From the IMG/VR virus record IMGVR_UViG_3300037047_000246: a DNA stretch of 64,000 nucleotides. One strand, 5' to 3'. A program made the position numbers and the translations under genes. Shown here in pieces: positions 19,353 to 29,378 of the stretch; position 1 is the stretch's first letter, and every line of letters begins with the position of its first letter. The DNA is from a virus. Taxonomy: Duplodnaviria > Caudoviricetes. Under the pieces are notes generated by a model that was given only the letters and a program-made list of their open reading frames with translations, ran no database searches and was not told the DNA's origin.

Positions 19353-19604
19353 CTACTCGCTGTGCACTTCAATCACAGCAATGGCGTCCGGGCTAATTTC
19401 CTCCCACAGTATGTGCCGCGGCGGACTGTTTGGACCGCCAAAATGCCAGTTGCCGTCCCACAACCGCGTCATCATGTCAGCGCAGGAGCTGCAGTATTGC
19501 AAAATGTTGCGGTCGTCATGATTTGTGAGAAAGACGCGCGTGGCCTCCAATGCACACTGCGGACGGAAGCACTTCACAACAGATCCTTGGTGCAGCAAAT
19601 GCAC
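19353..19604 (-). CDS. Zinc-finger-like protein with tag (VIEVHSE)
   Basis: ...YCSSC...WEEISPDAIAVIEVHSE*. Confidence 0.65.
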   Translation of the reverse strand: MHLLHQGSVVKCFRPQCALEATRVFLTNHDDRNILQYCSSCADMMTRLWDGNWHFGGPNSPPRHILWEEISPDAIAVIEVHSE

Positions 19605-19837
19605 CCCCTTCCTCCGCAGTCAGAACACTGCGGAGGAATGGTGACCGACGCGGCTGCCGGCCGAAGCTGGGCAGGATCTGCCTCGATTTGCACCGGGCCG
19701 GACCGTAGTGGGCACGACGCAGGAACGCAGTTTCTGTCAGGAGAGACGCTTTCGCTCAACCTACAGCCGCTCATGGGCGGGAATTCCACGCTGAACAGAC
19801 AAGGACACCCGACGCACGACTTAATGATTAGGTTCAA
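19574..19837 (-). CDS. Cys-rich micro-protein
   Basis: SCVGCPCL...CPL...CSDCGGRGCICC. Confidence 0.55.
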   Translation of the reverse strand: MNLIIKSCVGCPCLFSVEFPPMSGCRLSESVSPDRNCVPASCPLRSGPVQIEADPAQLRPAAASVTIPPQCSDCGGRGCICCTKDLL

Positions 19838-19882
19838 TTTGCTGCTCCGACAAATCCTAAAGACGAAAGTCGTAAAACATCA

Positions 19883-20608
19883 GTGTACAGTCGGAAAATG
19901 CCTAAATTCGCCGTGTTCAGCGATCTGCATCTTGACTTCCATCGCGATGGTGGTCGCGGGTTGATCCGTTCCTTGCCGAAGGAAGTGTGCTTGATGGCTG
20001 GAGATGCAAGCTCTGCCCCGATGCTGCTGGCTTCCTTAGCTTTAGCCTGCGAGCACTTCCCTCGACTCATTTACGTGAACGGGAACCATGATCTGTATGC
20101 GTCCAGTCCAACCGAGCTAGCCGAGGTGAGACGCATAGCCACAGAGCGACACCCAAACTTGTCGTGGCTGGAGCGAGGAACGTGCACGATTGACGGGACT
20201 CGCATCGTTGGCTCGACACTGTGGTTTCCGCCGTCTAACGCGCCAAGAAGCGGGCTGAATGACTTCTTCCAAATTCGGGACTTCGACCCCTGGGTGTGGC
20301 AAGAGCATGAGCGAGACATGAAGTTTCTCGAGGCCACGCTGAGGCCGGACGACGTGCTGCTTACGCACCATTTCCCGCTCCGGCAGTCAATTGCCCCAGC
20401 ATATGCCTCCTCGGCGCTGAACCCATTCTTCTGGGCCGGAGCCGACGCTGAGGAGCTCGTGCTCAAGCACATGCCGCGGCTGGTCATCCATGGCCACACG
20501 CACGACTGCATGTCGTACGAAGTTGGCTCTATGCGCATCGAGTGCAATCCTCACGGATACCCGAGCGAGAACCTAGCCTTCGACTTCTGCCGCATCGTCG
20601 AAACCTGA
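19883..20608 (+). CDS. Calcineurin-like metallophosphoesterase
   Basis: SDLHLD, AGD, GNHD, THH and HGHTH motifs. Confidence 0.93.
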   Translation: MYSRKMPKFAVFSDLHLDFHRDGGRGLIRSLPKEVCLMAGDASSAPMLLASLALACEHFPRLIYVNGNHDLYASSPTELAEVRRIATERHPNLSWLERGTCTIDGTRIVGSTLWFPPSNAPRSGLNDFFQIRDFDPWVWQEHERDMKFLEATLRPDDVLLTHHFPLRQSIAPAYASSALNPFFWAGADAEELVLKHMPRLVIHGHTHDCMSYEVGSMRIECNPHGYPSENLAFDFCRIVET

Positions 20609-20609
20609 C

Positions 20610-20903
20610 TCACTCCGAGTGCACCAGCGCCACCAAGACCTCATCCCAAGTGAGTCGCAGCGGCCAATAGACCGAATCGTGCTCGGCGCAACGGGGATGA
20701 ATCCAGCCTGTAGAAGAGGACACGCACCAGACCACGGCTGGCGCGTCGCACGGCTGCGCCGGTCCGATGTTCTCCTTGCAAAACTGCAGGCCGAGATCAG
20801 TCAGAATCCCAGAGCTTATTTCTGGCACTGGCGCCTCTTGAGATTTGATTGGCGGACGAGACGAATGGCTCGCGTCACGACTCCTGCACACGCGCCACTT
20901 CAA
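20610..20903 (-). CDS. Zinc-finger family A member with tag (VALVHSE); true start probably internal
   Basis: PCDAPAVVW...PRCAEH...LTWDEVLVALVHSE*. Confidence 0.6.
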   Translation of the reverse strand: MKWRVCRSRDASHSSRPPIKSQEAPVPEISSGILTDLGLQFCKENIGPAQPCDAPAVVWCVSSSTGWIHPRCAEHDSVYWPLRLTWDEVLVALVHSE

Positions 20904-21153
20904 GCCAGGCGTACTCGTCCAAATGCTCCTGGCACATCAGCAGACTTCCGACAAGAGAGTCGTCGGGGGCTTTGCCCATAGCCTCGCTCTCGCACTCGGC
21001 GACCGAGCACAAGCCCTGCTCCCGGTTTCTCGGGCTGAACACGCCCAGACAGGTTGCCATGCGGGAGCTTACATTTCGAGAGCGCTGAGCGGCTTGGCCG
21101 GCGGCGGTACAGTTCTCGCGGAGCCGAACCCAGTCAGGAGCACTCCCTGCCAT
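20875..21153 (-). CDS. Zinc-finger protein with tag (VARVQES), paralogue of 24447..24674
   Basis: GVFSP...CSVAEC...LMCQEHLDEYA shared with the paralogue. Confidence 0.7.
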   Translation of the reverse strand: MAGSAPDWVRLRENCTAAGQAAQRSRNVSSRMATCLGVFSPRNREQGLCSVAECESEAMGKAPDDSLVGSLLMCQEHLDEYAWLEVARVQES

Positions 21154-21571
21154 GAACGCATACGACCAAGCCAGCTACGCCCACGCAATCTCGGAGTTCG
21201 TGCGAAAGCTCAATGAAGTGGCGGCGCCCGTCGAGATTGGCCAGACCTGGGTCCGCATAGCGCCCTTGGACAAGGCGGACATAGGCGCGTGCGAGCGAGA
21301 CCCCAGGCTTTTGCCTTTCCTGCACGTCGGGTCCTTGGCCGAGATCGTCGACGCGGACGCGCGCTTCGTGCAGGTCCGGGTCGGAGGAGACTCGATCTTG
21401 CTGGAGCACGAGGTCTTTCTGCGGACGTTTGTGCGCGCTGCGGCCTCGCCGGATTGGGCGGCGCGGCCTCCTGCAGCGCGAGACGGAGCTGCTCTTGGGC
21501 GAGCAGGAGAGCCGCGGACAGCGCTTAATCCTTTCGACCAGCCGCGAAAGCTGTCTGAGCGGATCGAATAG
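21152..21571 (+). CDS. Hypothetical protein, possibly SH3-like
   Basis: IGQTWVRI...VGSLAEIVDADARFVQVRVGG...; SD-like AGGAG upstream. Confidence 0.55.
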   Translation: MNAYDQASYAHAISEFVRKLNEVAAPVEIGQTWVRIAPLDKADIGACERDPRLLPFLHVGSLAEIVDADARFVQVRVGGDSILLEHEVFLRTFVRAAASPDWAARPPAARDGAALGRAGEPRTALNPFDQPRKLSERIE

Positions 21572-21635
21572 AGCAGAGCGAATCAGGCACGCTGCGCTGG
21601 GCGGACAACGGCAATGGCGGAGCCATGTCCACCGC

Positions 21636-22049
21636 TCAAATTTTCTCCCAGACAGCCTTGATGCGGCCAGAGCACGTCTGGATGCCGTTCAAAAACACCG
21701 TCTTGCGCTCGATGGCGGTGCCGCTCTTCGCATCCCTGGTCCAAGAAGCCTGTCCGACAGTTCTGACCACGCCGCCGTTTGCTGCGGGGCACATGGTGTC
21801 GCATGAAGACATGCAGTTGTCTGCAGAGTAGTCGATCGGCCCGGTGCATCCAAGCGCCTTGATGCTTTCGGTGGTGGGCTGACTGCTCAAGCTGACGATT
21901 TCGTTTGCAGGAGCGGAGCAGGTGCCGTCTTGATAGGAGTATTTGACTTGGTAGGTGCCGCGCCGCTCGGCGCAAACGTCGAGGGAGTCTCCTTGCTCAG
22001 AGGAGCATCCGACCGACAAAGCCAAAATCAAAAGTGCGCAGAATTTCAT
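21636..22049 (-). CDS. Cys-rich lipoprotein, paralogue of 30537..30986
   Basis: MKFCALLILALSVGC lipobox; GGAGG SD. Confidence 0.8.
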   Translation of the reverse strand: MKFCALLILALSVGCSSEQGDSLDVCAERRGTYQVKYSYQDGTCSAPANEIVSLSSQPTTESIKALGCTGPIDYSADNCMSSCDTMCPAANGGVVRTVGQASWTRDAKSGTAIERKTVFLNGIQTCSGRIKAVWEKI

Positions 22050-22142
22050 ATATCCTCCATTCCTAGGGGATTACGCCAAAAGCGGCAGCACTTCCACCTT
22101 CTACTAGCTGCTTGTTGATCAGTTTGGCCAGTACCTCATGGT

Positions 22143-22376
22143 TCATGGTCGTCTCCTTGTCCCGGCAGGCCTTGGTCGACCAGGTCGAGCGACTCCTGCC
22201 GGACCTGCTCGACCATCCGATGATGCAGCCATGACGTCCGCGCCGACAGCGTCACCCACCACGAAATCGTCACCTTCCCAAGCCGCATCTCTTATGCTGT
22301 TTGCGTAGTGCTCTTCGAATTCTGTCTGAGTCAAGTCAAGGTGCCCGGAAATAAACCAAGTCGTCATTGTAGTCAC
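22143..22376 (-). pseudogene. Truncated SLOG/YspA-like protein
   Basis: WFISGHLDLT...FVVGDAVGADVMA N-terminus followed by a low-complexity R/P/G tail that looks out of frame. Confidence 0.4.
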
Positions 22377-22549
22377 TCACTGTCGTCATATTGCCGAGAT
22401 GCCCTAACCTCTCGGATGCGAAAGCGGTCAGGCAATAGAAATCGACTGAGTGACTCCAGAAAGCTCTTGACTTCGTAATCACTCGCGCCAACCGCAGGAT
22501 CGACTTCGAGCGTGAAGCTGACTTCATACTTGTCTTTTTCGGAGGCCAT
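22373..22549 (-). CDS. Micro-protein
   Basis: MASEKDKYEVSFTLEV...; coupled to the downstream gene. Confidence 0.5.
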   Translation of the reverse strand: MASEKDKYEVSFTLEVDPAVGASDYEVKSFLESLSRFLLPDRFRIREVRASRQYDDSE

Positions 22550-22611
22550 GAATGAGGTTACGCTCGATGCAGACGAGTTTACGCTATTCACTCACACGCC
22601 GCCAAACGGAC

Positions 22612-23274
22612 TTATCCGCTCATGATGTTGGTGATCATCCGCTGCCTGCAGGCTTCAGGGTCATGAACCTCGGAGCGCGCATGGCGCCGGGTCTTGCCGC
22701 TGCACCAGGGACATTCTCCCTTGGTGCGCCACTCAAACATCAGCCGACGTTTAGGGGCAGATGTGGCCGATCCTGAAACACGAGCTTGTGCCAACTGAAC
22801 ACTCTGGTTCCTGATGTAAGTGCCATCGTTCAACTTGAACAAATAACCTTGAGCAAGCAAATAGCTGAGCACGCCCGGTACGCTGTCCCTTCGGCCAAAG
22901 TCTTCAATCTTGGCTTTGCCGATACGCTCGAACACCTTGCGGACTCGGAGCAGCACATCGGGGTCCACCTGGGGCTTCGGGACGGGAGGCGGAGGCGGCG
23001 CGCTCGGGGCGCACCTGTACAATCGGCCATCTCGACGCAACCGCCCGTCGTGCACCATGCGCTGCAGGCAGTCGTCGACATCGTCGACGTGCTCGCCAAG
23101 AGCCTTCGCAATCTGCATCGGGTTGTGCGCTCGGTAACGCCAGTCGTACCCTTGAAACACGGCGTTACCGACGCGGATCAACAAATCAGGGCGAGCACGA
23201 CGCAGCGGAGGACGCTCAACACCAGATTTGTCTTCCGACTTATGCTCGCGGCGCCTGTCGCGGTTCTTGGCCAT
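22612..23274 (-). CDS. Basic protein with putative winged-helix segments and a zinc finger plus tag (ITNIMSG)
   Basis: PMQIAKALGEHVDDVDDCLQRMVHDGRL...; CPWC...H...C...ITNIMSG*. Confidence 0.65.
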   Translation of the reverse strand: MAKNRDRRREHKSEDKSGVERPPLRRARPDLLIRVGNAVFQGYDWRYRAHNPMQIAKALGEHVDDVDDCLQRMVHDGRLRRDGRLYRCAPSAPPPPPVPKPQVDPDVLLRVRKVFERIGKAKIEDFGRRDSVPGVLSYLLAQGYLFKLNDGTYIRNQSVQLAQARVSGSATSAPKRRLMFEWRTKGECPWCSGKTRRHARSEVHDPEACRQRMITNIMSG

Positions 23275-23460
23275 TTGCTCCTTCAGAGGAAATCATCCTC
23301 GTCACTGCTCCATTACGTCAGCCGTGTTGGAGTCAGCTGAGTAATCCGCCCACAACTGATGCTGCGCGAAGCTATCGGCCTCGATGCGGTAGACCACATC
23401 GGCGAATCTCGGATCTTTGCTCACGCTAGGGATTACGCGCAAGGTAGCCGAATCTCCGGT

Positions 23461-23823
23461 CTATCGGCGAGCGCCGACAAGGCCGTGGTAGTGCTTCTTG
23501 GCCTCGGCTGCGGCCGACACGCCCTTCTCCATCTTCTCGATGTAGTCGAACGCGATGGTCAGGGCCCGGATCAGCTGCTTACGCGACAGCATCGGCGAGC
23601 TTATGGGCACGACGTGCCCCATGCTCGAGGCGCAAATTTCGTACTTGGACGGCTTGTCGTCGACCTCGCACGATGAGTCCATCACCTGTAGGACGCCGTC
23701 GATGGTGCGCAAGTGCTTGATCAGCTCGGTCAGAAAACCCTCGCCGTCCTTGTCTTCGCCGAGGAGCTTCTTGCTAATGACGAGTCCGAAAGAGATGTGG
23801 GCGGGCGTTGTTGAATAGCTCAT
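23461..23823 (-). CDS. Hypothetical protein
   Basis: 120 aa ORF with GC3-rich codons. Confidence 0.6.
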   Translation of the reverse strand: MSYSTTPAHISFGLVISKKLLGEDKDGEGFLTELIKHLRTIDGVLQVMDSSCEVDDKPSKYEICASSMGHVVPISSPMLSRKQLIRALTIAFDYIEKMEKGVSAAAEAKKHYHGLVGARR

Positions 23824-23843
23824 GTCCGGAGATTACATCTAGC

Positions 23844-24224
23844 CTACGACTCGTCAGACTCTTCATGCAGACATTTATACCGAAGTTCATAACCTCGTCT
23901 CTGGCTTAGTTTGCTCCACTCTGGAAGCGGGCGGCTGTTGTCCCAACCGTCAATTTCAAAACGTCCCTTGCAGTCGGCACGCATTGCCTCCTGGCACTCG
24001 ACAGAGGGGCATCGGCACATCATCGTGAACCACATGGTGCCGTCCGGAGACACCTCTGCCCGCGTTATTTTGGCGGACCCGTAATCTGGCGCTTCCACGC
24101 CGATGCTTGAGACTGCTGCGCATCCAGCGCAGACAGACAAGGCAAGATGCAACGTCACGATTATAACGGCATAAGCGCTGCCGCGCTGACGTATGTTGTC
24201 GCAGTGCACTGGTCTCGCTCCCAT
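23844..24224 (-). CDS. Putative exported or lipoprotein
   Basis: Hydrophobic segment ending in CAGC. Confidence 0.5.
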   Translation of the reverse strand: MGARPVHCDNIRQRGSAYAVIIVTLHLALSVCAGCAAVSSIGVEAPDYGSAKITRAEVSPDGTMWFTMMCRCPSVECQEAMRADCKGRFEIDGWDNSRPLPEWSKLSQRRGYELRYKCLHEESDES

Positions 24225-24243
24225 GGCCTCAGCACAGACCCCG

Positions 24244-24450
24244 TTACTCTTCCATGACCGCCTTCACTTGCCTCTCGTCGCAGTCAGTCAGTTCGTATTC
24301 GCCCAGTTTGTAGATGGTTTCTCGAATTGTGCCAGAGATGCTGGTCAGCTTCAAGCCACACTTGGCACATGCGAAGTTCCTGCCAATGAGCTGCCAACGG
24401 TGCGGGGCAGTTTTAAGCTGCGTCTGAGTATTTGTGCGTCTAGCGTTCAC
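24244..24450 (-). CDS. CxxC...C micro-protein with tag (VKAVMEE)
   Basis: HRWQ...FACAKCG...TDCDERQVKAVMEE*. Confidence 0.7.
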   Translation of the reverse strand: MNARRTNTQTQLKTAPHRWQLIGRNFACAKCGLKLTSISGTIRETIYKLGEYELTDCDERQVKAVMEE

Positions 24451-24674
24451 GACTCCTGCACCAGTTCAACCTCAGTTTCAGCGTACTCGTCCAAGTGCTC
24501 TCGACATAGCATCATTCCGTCTACTGGAGAGCCGCAAGACAACGCTCCGGCGATCTCCCCGTCGCATTCTGCCACCGAGCAAACACCGCGAGTGATGTTG
24601 GAAGGACTAAACACTCCAATAAATCGCGCCATGCTAAATCTTACATTCCGGCTCGCGATCCAAAGAAGCTTCAT
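24447..24674 (-). CDS. Zinc-finger protein with tag (VELVQES)
   Basis: Paralogue of 20875..21153. Confidence 0.7.
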   Translation of the reverse strand: MKLLWIASRNVRFSMARFIGVFSPSNITRGVCSVAECDGEIAGALSCGSPVDGMMLCREHLDEYAETEVELVQES

Positions 24675-25150
24675 CCTCGGTGATCGGAGCTACTTCACAG
24701 CGCAGCAGCGCGTTCTTCACCCACCCCATGAACTGTCCGTTGTGCTCAAGCTGCAAGAGCGTGAATTCGGGCCCCAGCGGCAGCAACGGCCCGCTTGTGT
24801 GCATGCGGGTTGTTATAATGAGCTGCCTCGGCGCGGTGATACGCGTCTGGCGATAACCTGGTGCCTAGACAACTGCGTCCGATACGCTCTCCCACTTGCC
24901 TCTCTGACAACGAGCTTTGGTGCTTGACCAAATCCGTACTTCAAGTTACGCCGGACTTGCGCCCCAGCAGAGAGCGCGCCGACTCGGCGGCCCGGCGCTC
25001 GACAGTTCGGATCTCCATCGTCACGACCTCCCAGCTGGTCGGAATGCGCATCTTAGGGTGATATCTGTTGCCGCGCTCAAGCATCAGCAGGTGGGCCCGC
25101 ACTTCCGCCCTGGTCTTCCAGACTTTTCCGACCGGGTTGAACCTAGGGCC

Positions 25151-25399
25151 CTACCCGCCCGTGGAATACAATCCGGTCTTGCTGTCCCGGATCTTGAGCC
25201 CTATGTCGGACAGGCAGCTGTCGATGTCGCAGGTGGCCAGCAGCCTCCCAGCGAGCGCTATCAGCTGCCTGTCGTGGTCGTGCGATTCCCAATCCTTGAT
25301 GAGCCATTTGCGCGCTTCGGCCAGCTGCTTATCCGACAGCGGACCCTTGCGCTTCACCAAGTCTTCAAGCTTCGCGGGCATGCAGCGGCGTGTGCTCAC
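25151..25399 (-). CDS. Hypothetical protein
   Basis: Coupled to the upstream DUF2829 gene. Confidence 0.5.
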   Translation of the reverse strand: MSTRRCMPAKLEDLVKRKGPLSDKQLAEARKWLIKDWESHDHDRQLIALAGRLLATCDIDSCLSDIGLKIRDSKTGLYSTGG

Positions 25400-25701
25400 G
25401 GCACCACTTCCCAGTCGGTCGCGAGCAGCTCTTCGGTCGAGGGCGTCCAGCCGACGTCAATGGCACCACTGACGTGCGCCATGGCGACGAACCGGCAGTC
25501 GTCACCCGACATGCTCGTGCCAGGCCCGGCTTCCGCCACCACGTTTGGCGAGCAGCTTGCGAGAAACAGGTAGCGGCTGCCGTTCCAGGACTTGCGGCTG
25601 ACCCGCCCGCCTTTGCGCAGCCACGCCAGAGCGAAACTGAAGCTGCCAGTCGGCATGCCAGAGCTTTCAATCGCAGCCTGCCTGATTTCTTTACAGCTCA
25701 T
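25396..25701 (-). CDS. DUF2829-family protein (Thoeris anti-defence Tad2-like)
   Basis: FSFALAWLRKGGRVSRKSWNG...GWTPSTEELLATDWEVV pattern. Confidence 0.8.
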   Translation of the reverse strand: MSCKEIRQAAIESSGMPTGSFSFALAWLRKGGRVSRKSWNGSRYLFLASCSPNVVAEAGPGTSMSGDDCRFVAMAHVSGAIDVGWTPSTEELLATDWEVVP

Positions 25702-25948
25702 GAATTTTCTCGCACTCGAACTCGTTTATCACCGGAAGGTCCAGCTCGCGCACCGTCCCAAGGAACGGCGAACGCGGTGCCCTGGGATGCCCGCTCAGTG
25801 CCCACCACGAAAAACTCCCCGGTCGGACGCTAGGCACTGGCGACACTGAGGCGGAAGCTTCTGTGACGACATTGAACACTTTTGTTCTGTTGTTGAGCAC
25901 TGGGATCACCGTGCCATGATCTTTTTTGAAGTCATGAGTGACGCACAA
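25691..25948 (-). CDS. Hypothetical protein with a variant tag (CEKIHEL)
   Basis: Track ORF. Confidence 0.45.
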   Translation of the reverse strand: MCVTHDFKKDHGTVIPVLNNRTKVFNVVTEASASVSPVPSVRPGSFSWWALSGHPRAPRSPFLGTVRELDLPVINEFECEKIHEL

Positions 25949-25999
25949 AGTAGCCGCACGCGTGTTCGGGTGTGTTTCGGTCGGGGTACTGGCACGTGT

Positions 26000-26305
26000 T
26001 CATCGCGCCTCCTTATTGTTGGTCCGCCGGGCGATCTCCATGCCCTTGGCGAGCGACCAGTTTATTGGGACGGTCAGGTCGAAGTCGTCCTCCTCGAGCC
26101 GGCGCCCGAGCCGGGATTCCAGGCAATCGAAGCACAGCTCGACGTGTTTCAACGCATCGTCCTTTGTGCCCTTGTGTTGCGCCACGACTTGCCGTTTGAT
26201 ATGCGGGTAGTCTGGGAACGCTTGTGACCACACGTGCTGGCGAACCATATAACTTGGAGATCGCCCGCCACAGTCCCAACATGCCAGCGGCCTACGTTTT
26301 TGCAT
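26000..26305 (-). CDS. C4 zinc-finger protein
   Basis: CWDCGG...YMVRQHVWSQA...LCFDCLESRLGRRLEEDDF. Confidence 0.75.
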   Translation of the reverse strand: MQKRRPLACWDCGGRSPSYMVRQHVWSQAFPDYPHIKRQVVAQHKGTKDDALKHVELCFDCLESRLGRRLEEDDFDLTVPINWSLAKGMEIARRTNNKEAR

Positions 26306-26416
26306 TGCCCGACCTCAGTGATGTCGAAGCGCTGCAAGCAGCGCTTGCATCCGAGCTTGTTGAACCAGTCGTAGCCTTCGTCATCAATCCAGTTGGGTAT
26401 TTGCGGCTCCCGCAGT

Positions 26417-26635
26417 TTACAGCGAATGCACCTCGGCCGCCTCGGCCTCGGCTCGCGTGCACTCGCACTCGACGATGGACACGTTTTGCCAAGTCCCATT
26501 CCGAATAGATTGCCAGCAAGCGGCGCACACGGCGACCGGCGCGCTGCTTCCGTCGGGAAAAATTGCCCAGCGCTCGGGCGCGCCGTGCGAGCCGTCGTCC
26601 CACTCGCAGCGATCGAGCGACCGGCGCGCAGTCAC
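26417..26635 (-). CDS. Zinc-finger-like protein with tag (AAEVHSL)
   Basis: RCEW...H...VCAACW...CTRAEAEAAEVHSL*. Confidence 0.65.
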   Translation of the reverse strand: MTARRSLDRCEWDDGSHGAPERWAIFPDGSSAPVAVCAACWQSIRNGTWQNVSIVECECTRAEAEAAEVHSL

Positions 26636-26895
26636 GGCTTGGTCCTATAGGGCGAGTCTGGCCGGGCGCCGGGCTTCAGGCGCACCGTCACCTCAAGCCG
26701 GCAAATGTCTCCCTTAAGGGCCAACCAGTCGGTTGTCTCAATCTGCTCGGCCGTCAGGCCGAGCAGATCTTGCGCCCACTGCTGCACCAGCTGGCAGACG
26801 TCCAACGCATCGAACACTATCTTCATATCTTCAGTCTCCAACGTGCAGCCTTTCCGGAGCAGCGAGCGGCCTCGCCAGTTAGAGGACCACGGCAA
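26632..26895 (-). CDS. Hypothetical protein
   Basis: Coupled ORF. Confidence 0.5.
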   Translation of the reverse strand: MPWSSNWRGRSLLRKGCTLETEDMKIVFDALDVCQLVQQWAQDLLGLTAEQIETTDWLALKGDICRLEVTVRLKPGARPDSPYRTKP

Positions 26896-27000
26896 TCTTA
26901 CTGCGAACGAGTCAAAACTTCCGGAGGCAATGTCACGATTGCATCGTTTACTCCTCGCGGTCGGAAATTTGAACTGGCGACGCCGTGCCTGGGCGGAGCG

Positions 27001-27990
27001 TCACAGGCGGCTGTCCCAGGCTTTGCTGGAAATCTTGACGTATGCCTCGTTGCGATAGGTGACGCGCACATTGTTGCCTTCCGCATCAGCCACGATAATC
27101 CCTCCGAGCAAACCCGCCTGCCCAGGCCATCCCCACCGGATTTCGCGCTCGTTTTGGCAGGACTCCGACCCATACTTGCGGGAGATGTCGCGCACAACCT
27201 CAATTAGCGTCGCTGCCCAGCTTGGATTGTCCCTCTTGTAAGCAAACACCGCGATTGCGCACACCGTGCCGGAGCACATATGCAGTTGCGCCCACTCTTT
27301 CGAGAACCCCAAGGTTTGCGGCACGCCTCTTAGGCAGTAGAAAGCCCGCATGCCGCGAAAAGATGAGGGCCGTTCCACCATCTCTACCCCTGTGGACTGG
27401 TGGCACAGGCTATTAGCCTGTGCCAGGGTCATGCCGAAAGAAAATCCCGCCAAACCTTTGGGCAGCGGCGGCCTGGACGGCGGCGCAAACGTCCCCTCAT
27501 CCGAACAAAGGCCGGGGTCTGGCGGGGGCGGGGGCGGGGGCGCGTTCTGCACCGGCACTGCGGCCACAGGCTCTGCGGTCGGAGCAGGCAAAGGCGGGGC
27601 TGTTGAAGACTCGGGCTCCTCGGATGCTTTCTGCTCCAGGTCTTTGGCTGCCCGCCTGATGTCCGCGTCTCCTGCCAAGGTTGCCAACTTGGCCGCTTCT
27701 TGAGCCAGCAGGACTGCTTGAGCCCGATTGCCCTTGGACAGGTGGCGCAAGGCGCCGGCCAGGCGGATTTTGGCCATCTCCGACCGGGCTTCCGAAGCCG
27801 CCCTCGTGTTTCCCCAAAGCCGGACGACAGCCGCGTAGTCGTCGAACTCTTCGGACTCCCTGGCTTGCTCCAGCGCCGAGAGGGCTTTGGCTTCGCGGTC
27901 TGTCATTGTGCGCGGCGGGGGGCCTAGCGTGGCGGGCTCGGCGCAGCCAAGCGCCAAAGCAAAACAGAGCGCCAAAAATTTGAGAGCCAT
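27001..27990 (-). CDS. Putative lipoprotein with a helical (TPR-like) region and a Pro-rich linker
   Basis: MALKFLALCFALALGC lipobox; PPPPPPDP linker. Confidence 0.75.
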   Translation of the reverse strand: MALKFLALCFALALGCAEPATLGPPPRTMTDREAKALSALEQARESEEFDDYAAVVRLWGNTRAASEARSEMAKIRLAGALRHLSKGNRAQAVLLAQEAAKLATLAGDADIRRAAKDLEQKASEEPESSTAPPLPAPTAEPVAAVPVQNAPPPPPPPDPGLCSDEGTFAPPSRPPLPKGLAGFSFGMTLAQANSLCHQSTGVEMVERPSSFRGMRAFYCLRGVPQTLGFSKEWAQLHMCSGTVCAIAVFAYKRDNPSWAATLIEVVRDISRKYGSESCQNEREIRWGWPGQAGLLGGIIVADAEGNNVRVTYRNEAYVKISSKAWDSRL

Positions 27991-28084
27991 GGGAAATTTT
28001 ACTTCGAACAGGCTCAGGTTTCCGGCCTCCGGAAACCTGCAAGCTCGCCGAGAAAGGATGGCGAAATGAGCGGCGACGGTTGCC

Positions 28085-28792
28085 ATGCCGAAATCTTACG
28101 GCGCGGGAGGCCGGATTTGCGCCGGTGTAAGTAGGAGCATGGACAAAGCATATGCAAAAAAGTCTTTGAGCGCCGGAAGTCTGAGCAAGAGAGAGACGGA
28201 GGCAGACCCCGAATGGGACGCGGAGGTGTCGCAAGCGCTGTTGGAGCTTGCCGCCGTCAGGCTGGCCGAACAGGATGCCCGAGCTGCCGCGAACGCCATG
28301 GCTCGGGTGCGCCGGCGCAAGAAGGCCGCAGACGCGATGTCGGCGGCGATCCAGGAAGTCGTGCCTGAAGCGCTGGCCATGCCTGTGGAGGTACGCGCAG
28401 ACGAGTCCGGCTGGCCGCGGGTCTGGCTGGGGCAGGAGGTCGTGCGGATGCACCTTGGAACCGCGGAGTCTGTGCTCGAAGGCCGGATGATCGATATGGC
28501 AGCCTCCCGGTGCTCCGTCGCCCAGACCGGGATGAACAGCCTGGACGAGGGGGATTTGAGCGACTTGCCGAGCTGGGCTGCCATCAACCCCAAAGCATGG
28601 GCTGCCAAAACGCAGGAGCTCGTCCGAGCATGGGCGCAGATGGAGCTGCAGACGGCAGCCATGTCGCTCAGCGCGAAGACGGTGGTGATGTCGGGCATCT
28701 CGAGAGCGGAGCTCGGTGAGATGTTCGCCCAGGCGTGGGACCGAGCCCAGTGCCAGGACGTGCACGAGGAAGAAGGGTCCCAGGAACAGTGA
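28085..28792 (+). CDS. Hypothetical helical protein with a sub-terminal tag (CQDVHEE plus 6 residues); start uncertain
   Basis: ...GISRAELGEMFAQAWDRAQCQDVHEEEGSQEQ*. Confidence 0.65.
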   Translation: MPKSYGAGGRICAGVSRSMDKAYAKKSLSAGSLSKRETEADPEWDAEVSQALLELAAVRLAEQDARAAANAMARVRRRKKAADAMSAAIQEVVPEALAMPVEVRADESGWPRVWLGQEVVRMHLGTAESVLEGRMIDMAASRCSVAQTGMNSLDEGDLSDLPSWAAINPKAWAAKTQELVRAWAQMELQTAAMSLSAKTVVMSGISRAELGEMFAQAWDRAQCQDVHEEEGSQEQ

Positions 28793-28923
28793 CGGTAGCC
28801 GCGCGATGAATCAGCCCTTCGGAGCTTCGGGCTTGGGGCTTGAACCCCAAATGTCTTCTGATCGATCCGCTTCTGATCCGCGGCTTTCTGGTGCGCCCGC
28901 CGGGCCGCCTAGCAGGCGGTTTA

Positions 28924-29262
28924 TCACCTGGCCGAGCAATAGGCCGAGCAATAGTCGCACACCGGATAGCCATTCTCCATGTTCTCGTTTCCTGGCACAC
29001 CGCCGCGCAAGCCCGAACAGCGCACACAAGAATCTCTGTGCGCCTGTGGAATCATGCGCAGCAGTTCCCGCCGCATGTCAAGGTTACCGTCACGGAGCGC
29101 GATTGCTGCCGCGTCTCGCAACGCGAACGCCTGTGCCGCATCCCAAAGATCGCCAAGCGCCGTTGAGACGATCGGCCCCTTGATTGGGTCCGCGTACCCG
29201 CGCGCCTGCGCAAACTTGCGGTACATTGTCAGAATGTTCGTGTTGTTTGGCTGGTCATTCAT
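28924..29262 (-). CDS. Hypothetical protein with a C-terminal zinc ribbon
   Basis: CVRCSG...GNEN...VCDYC. Confidence 0.7.
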   Translation of the reverse strand: MNDQPNNTNILTMYRKFAQARGYADPIKGPIVSTALGDLWDAAQAFALRDAAAIALRDGNLDMRRELLRMIPQAHRDSCVRCSGLRGGVPGNENMENGYPVCDYCSAYCSAR

Positions 29263-29378
29263 TCCGCCATCCTCCTCACTTCCAGTGCCAACTCATCCAC
29301 CCTATCCAACATCCGCTGACTCGTGGTCCGATGCCCATCCTCAGCCGCGTCGCTCTCCGCGTTGCTCCGTGAGTTGCG

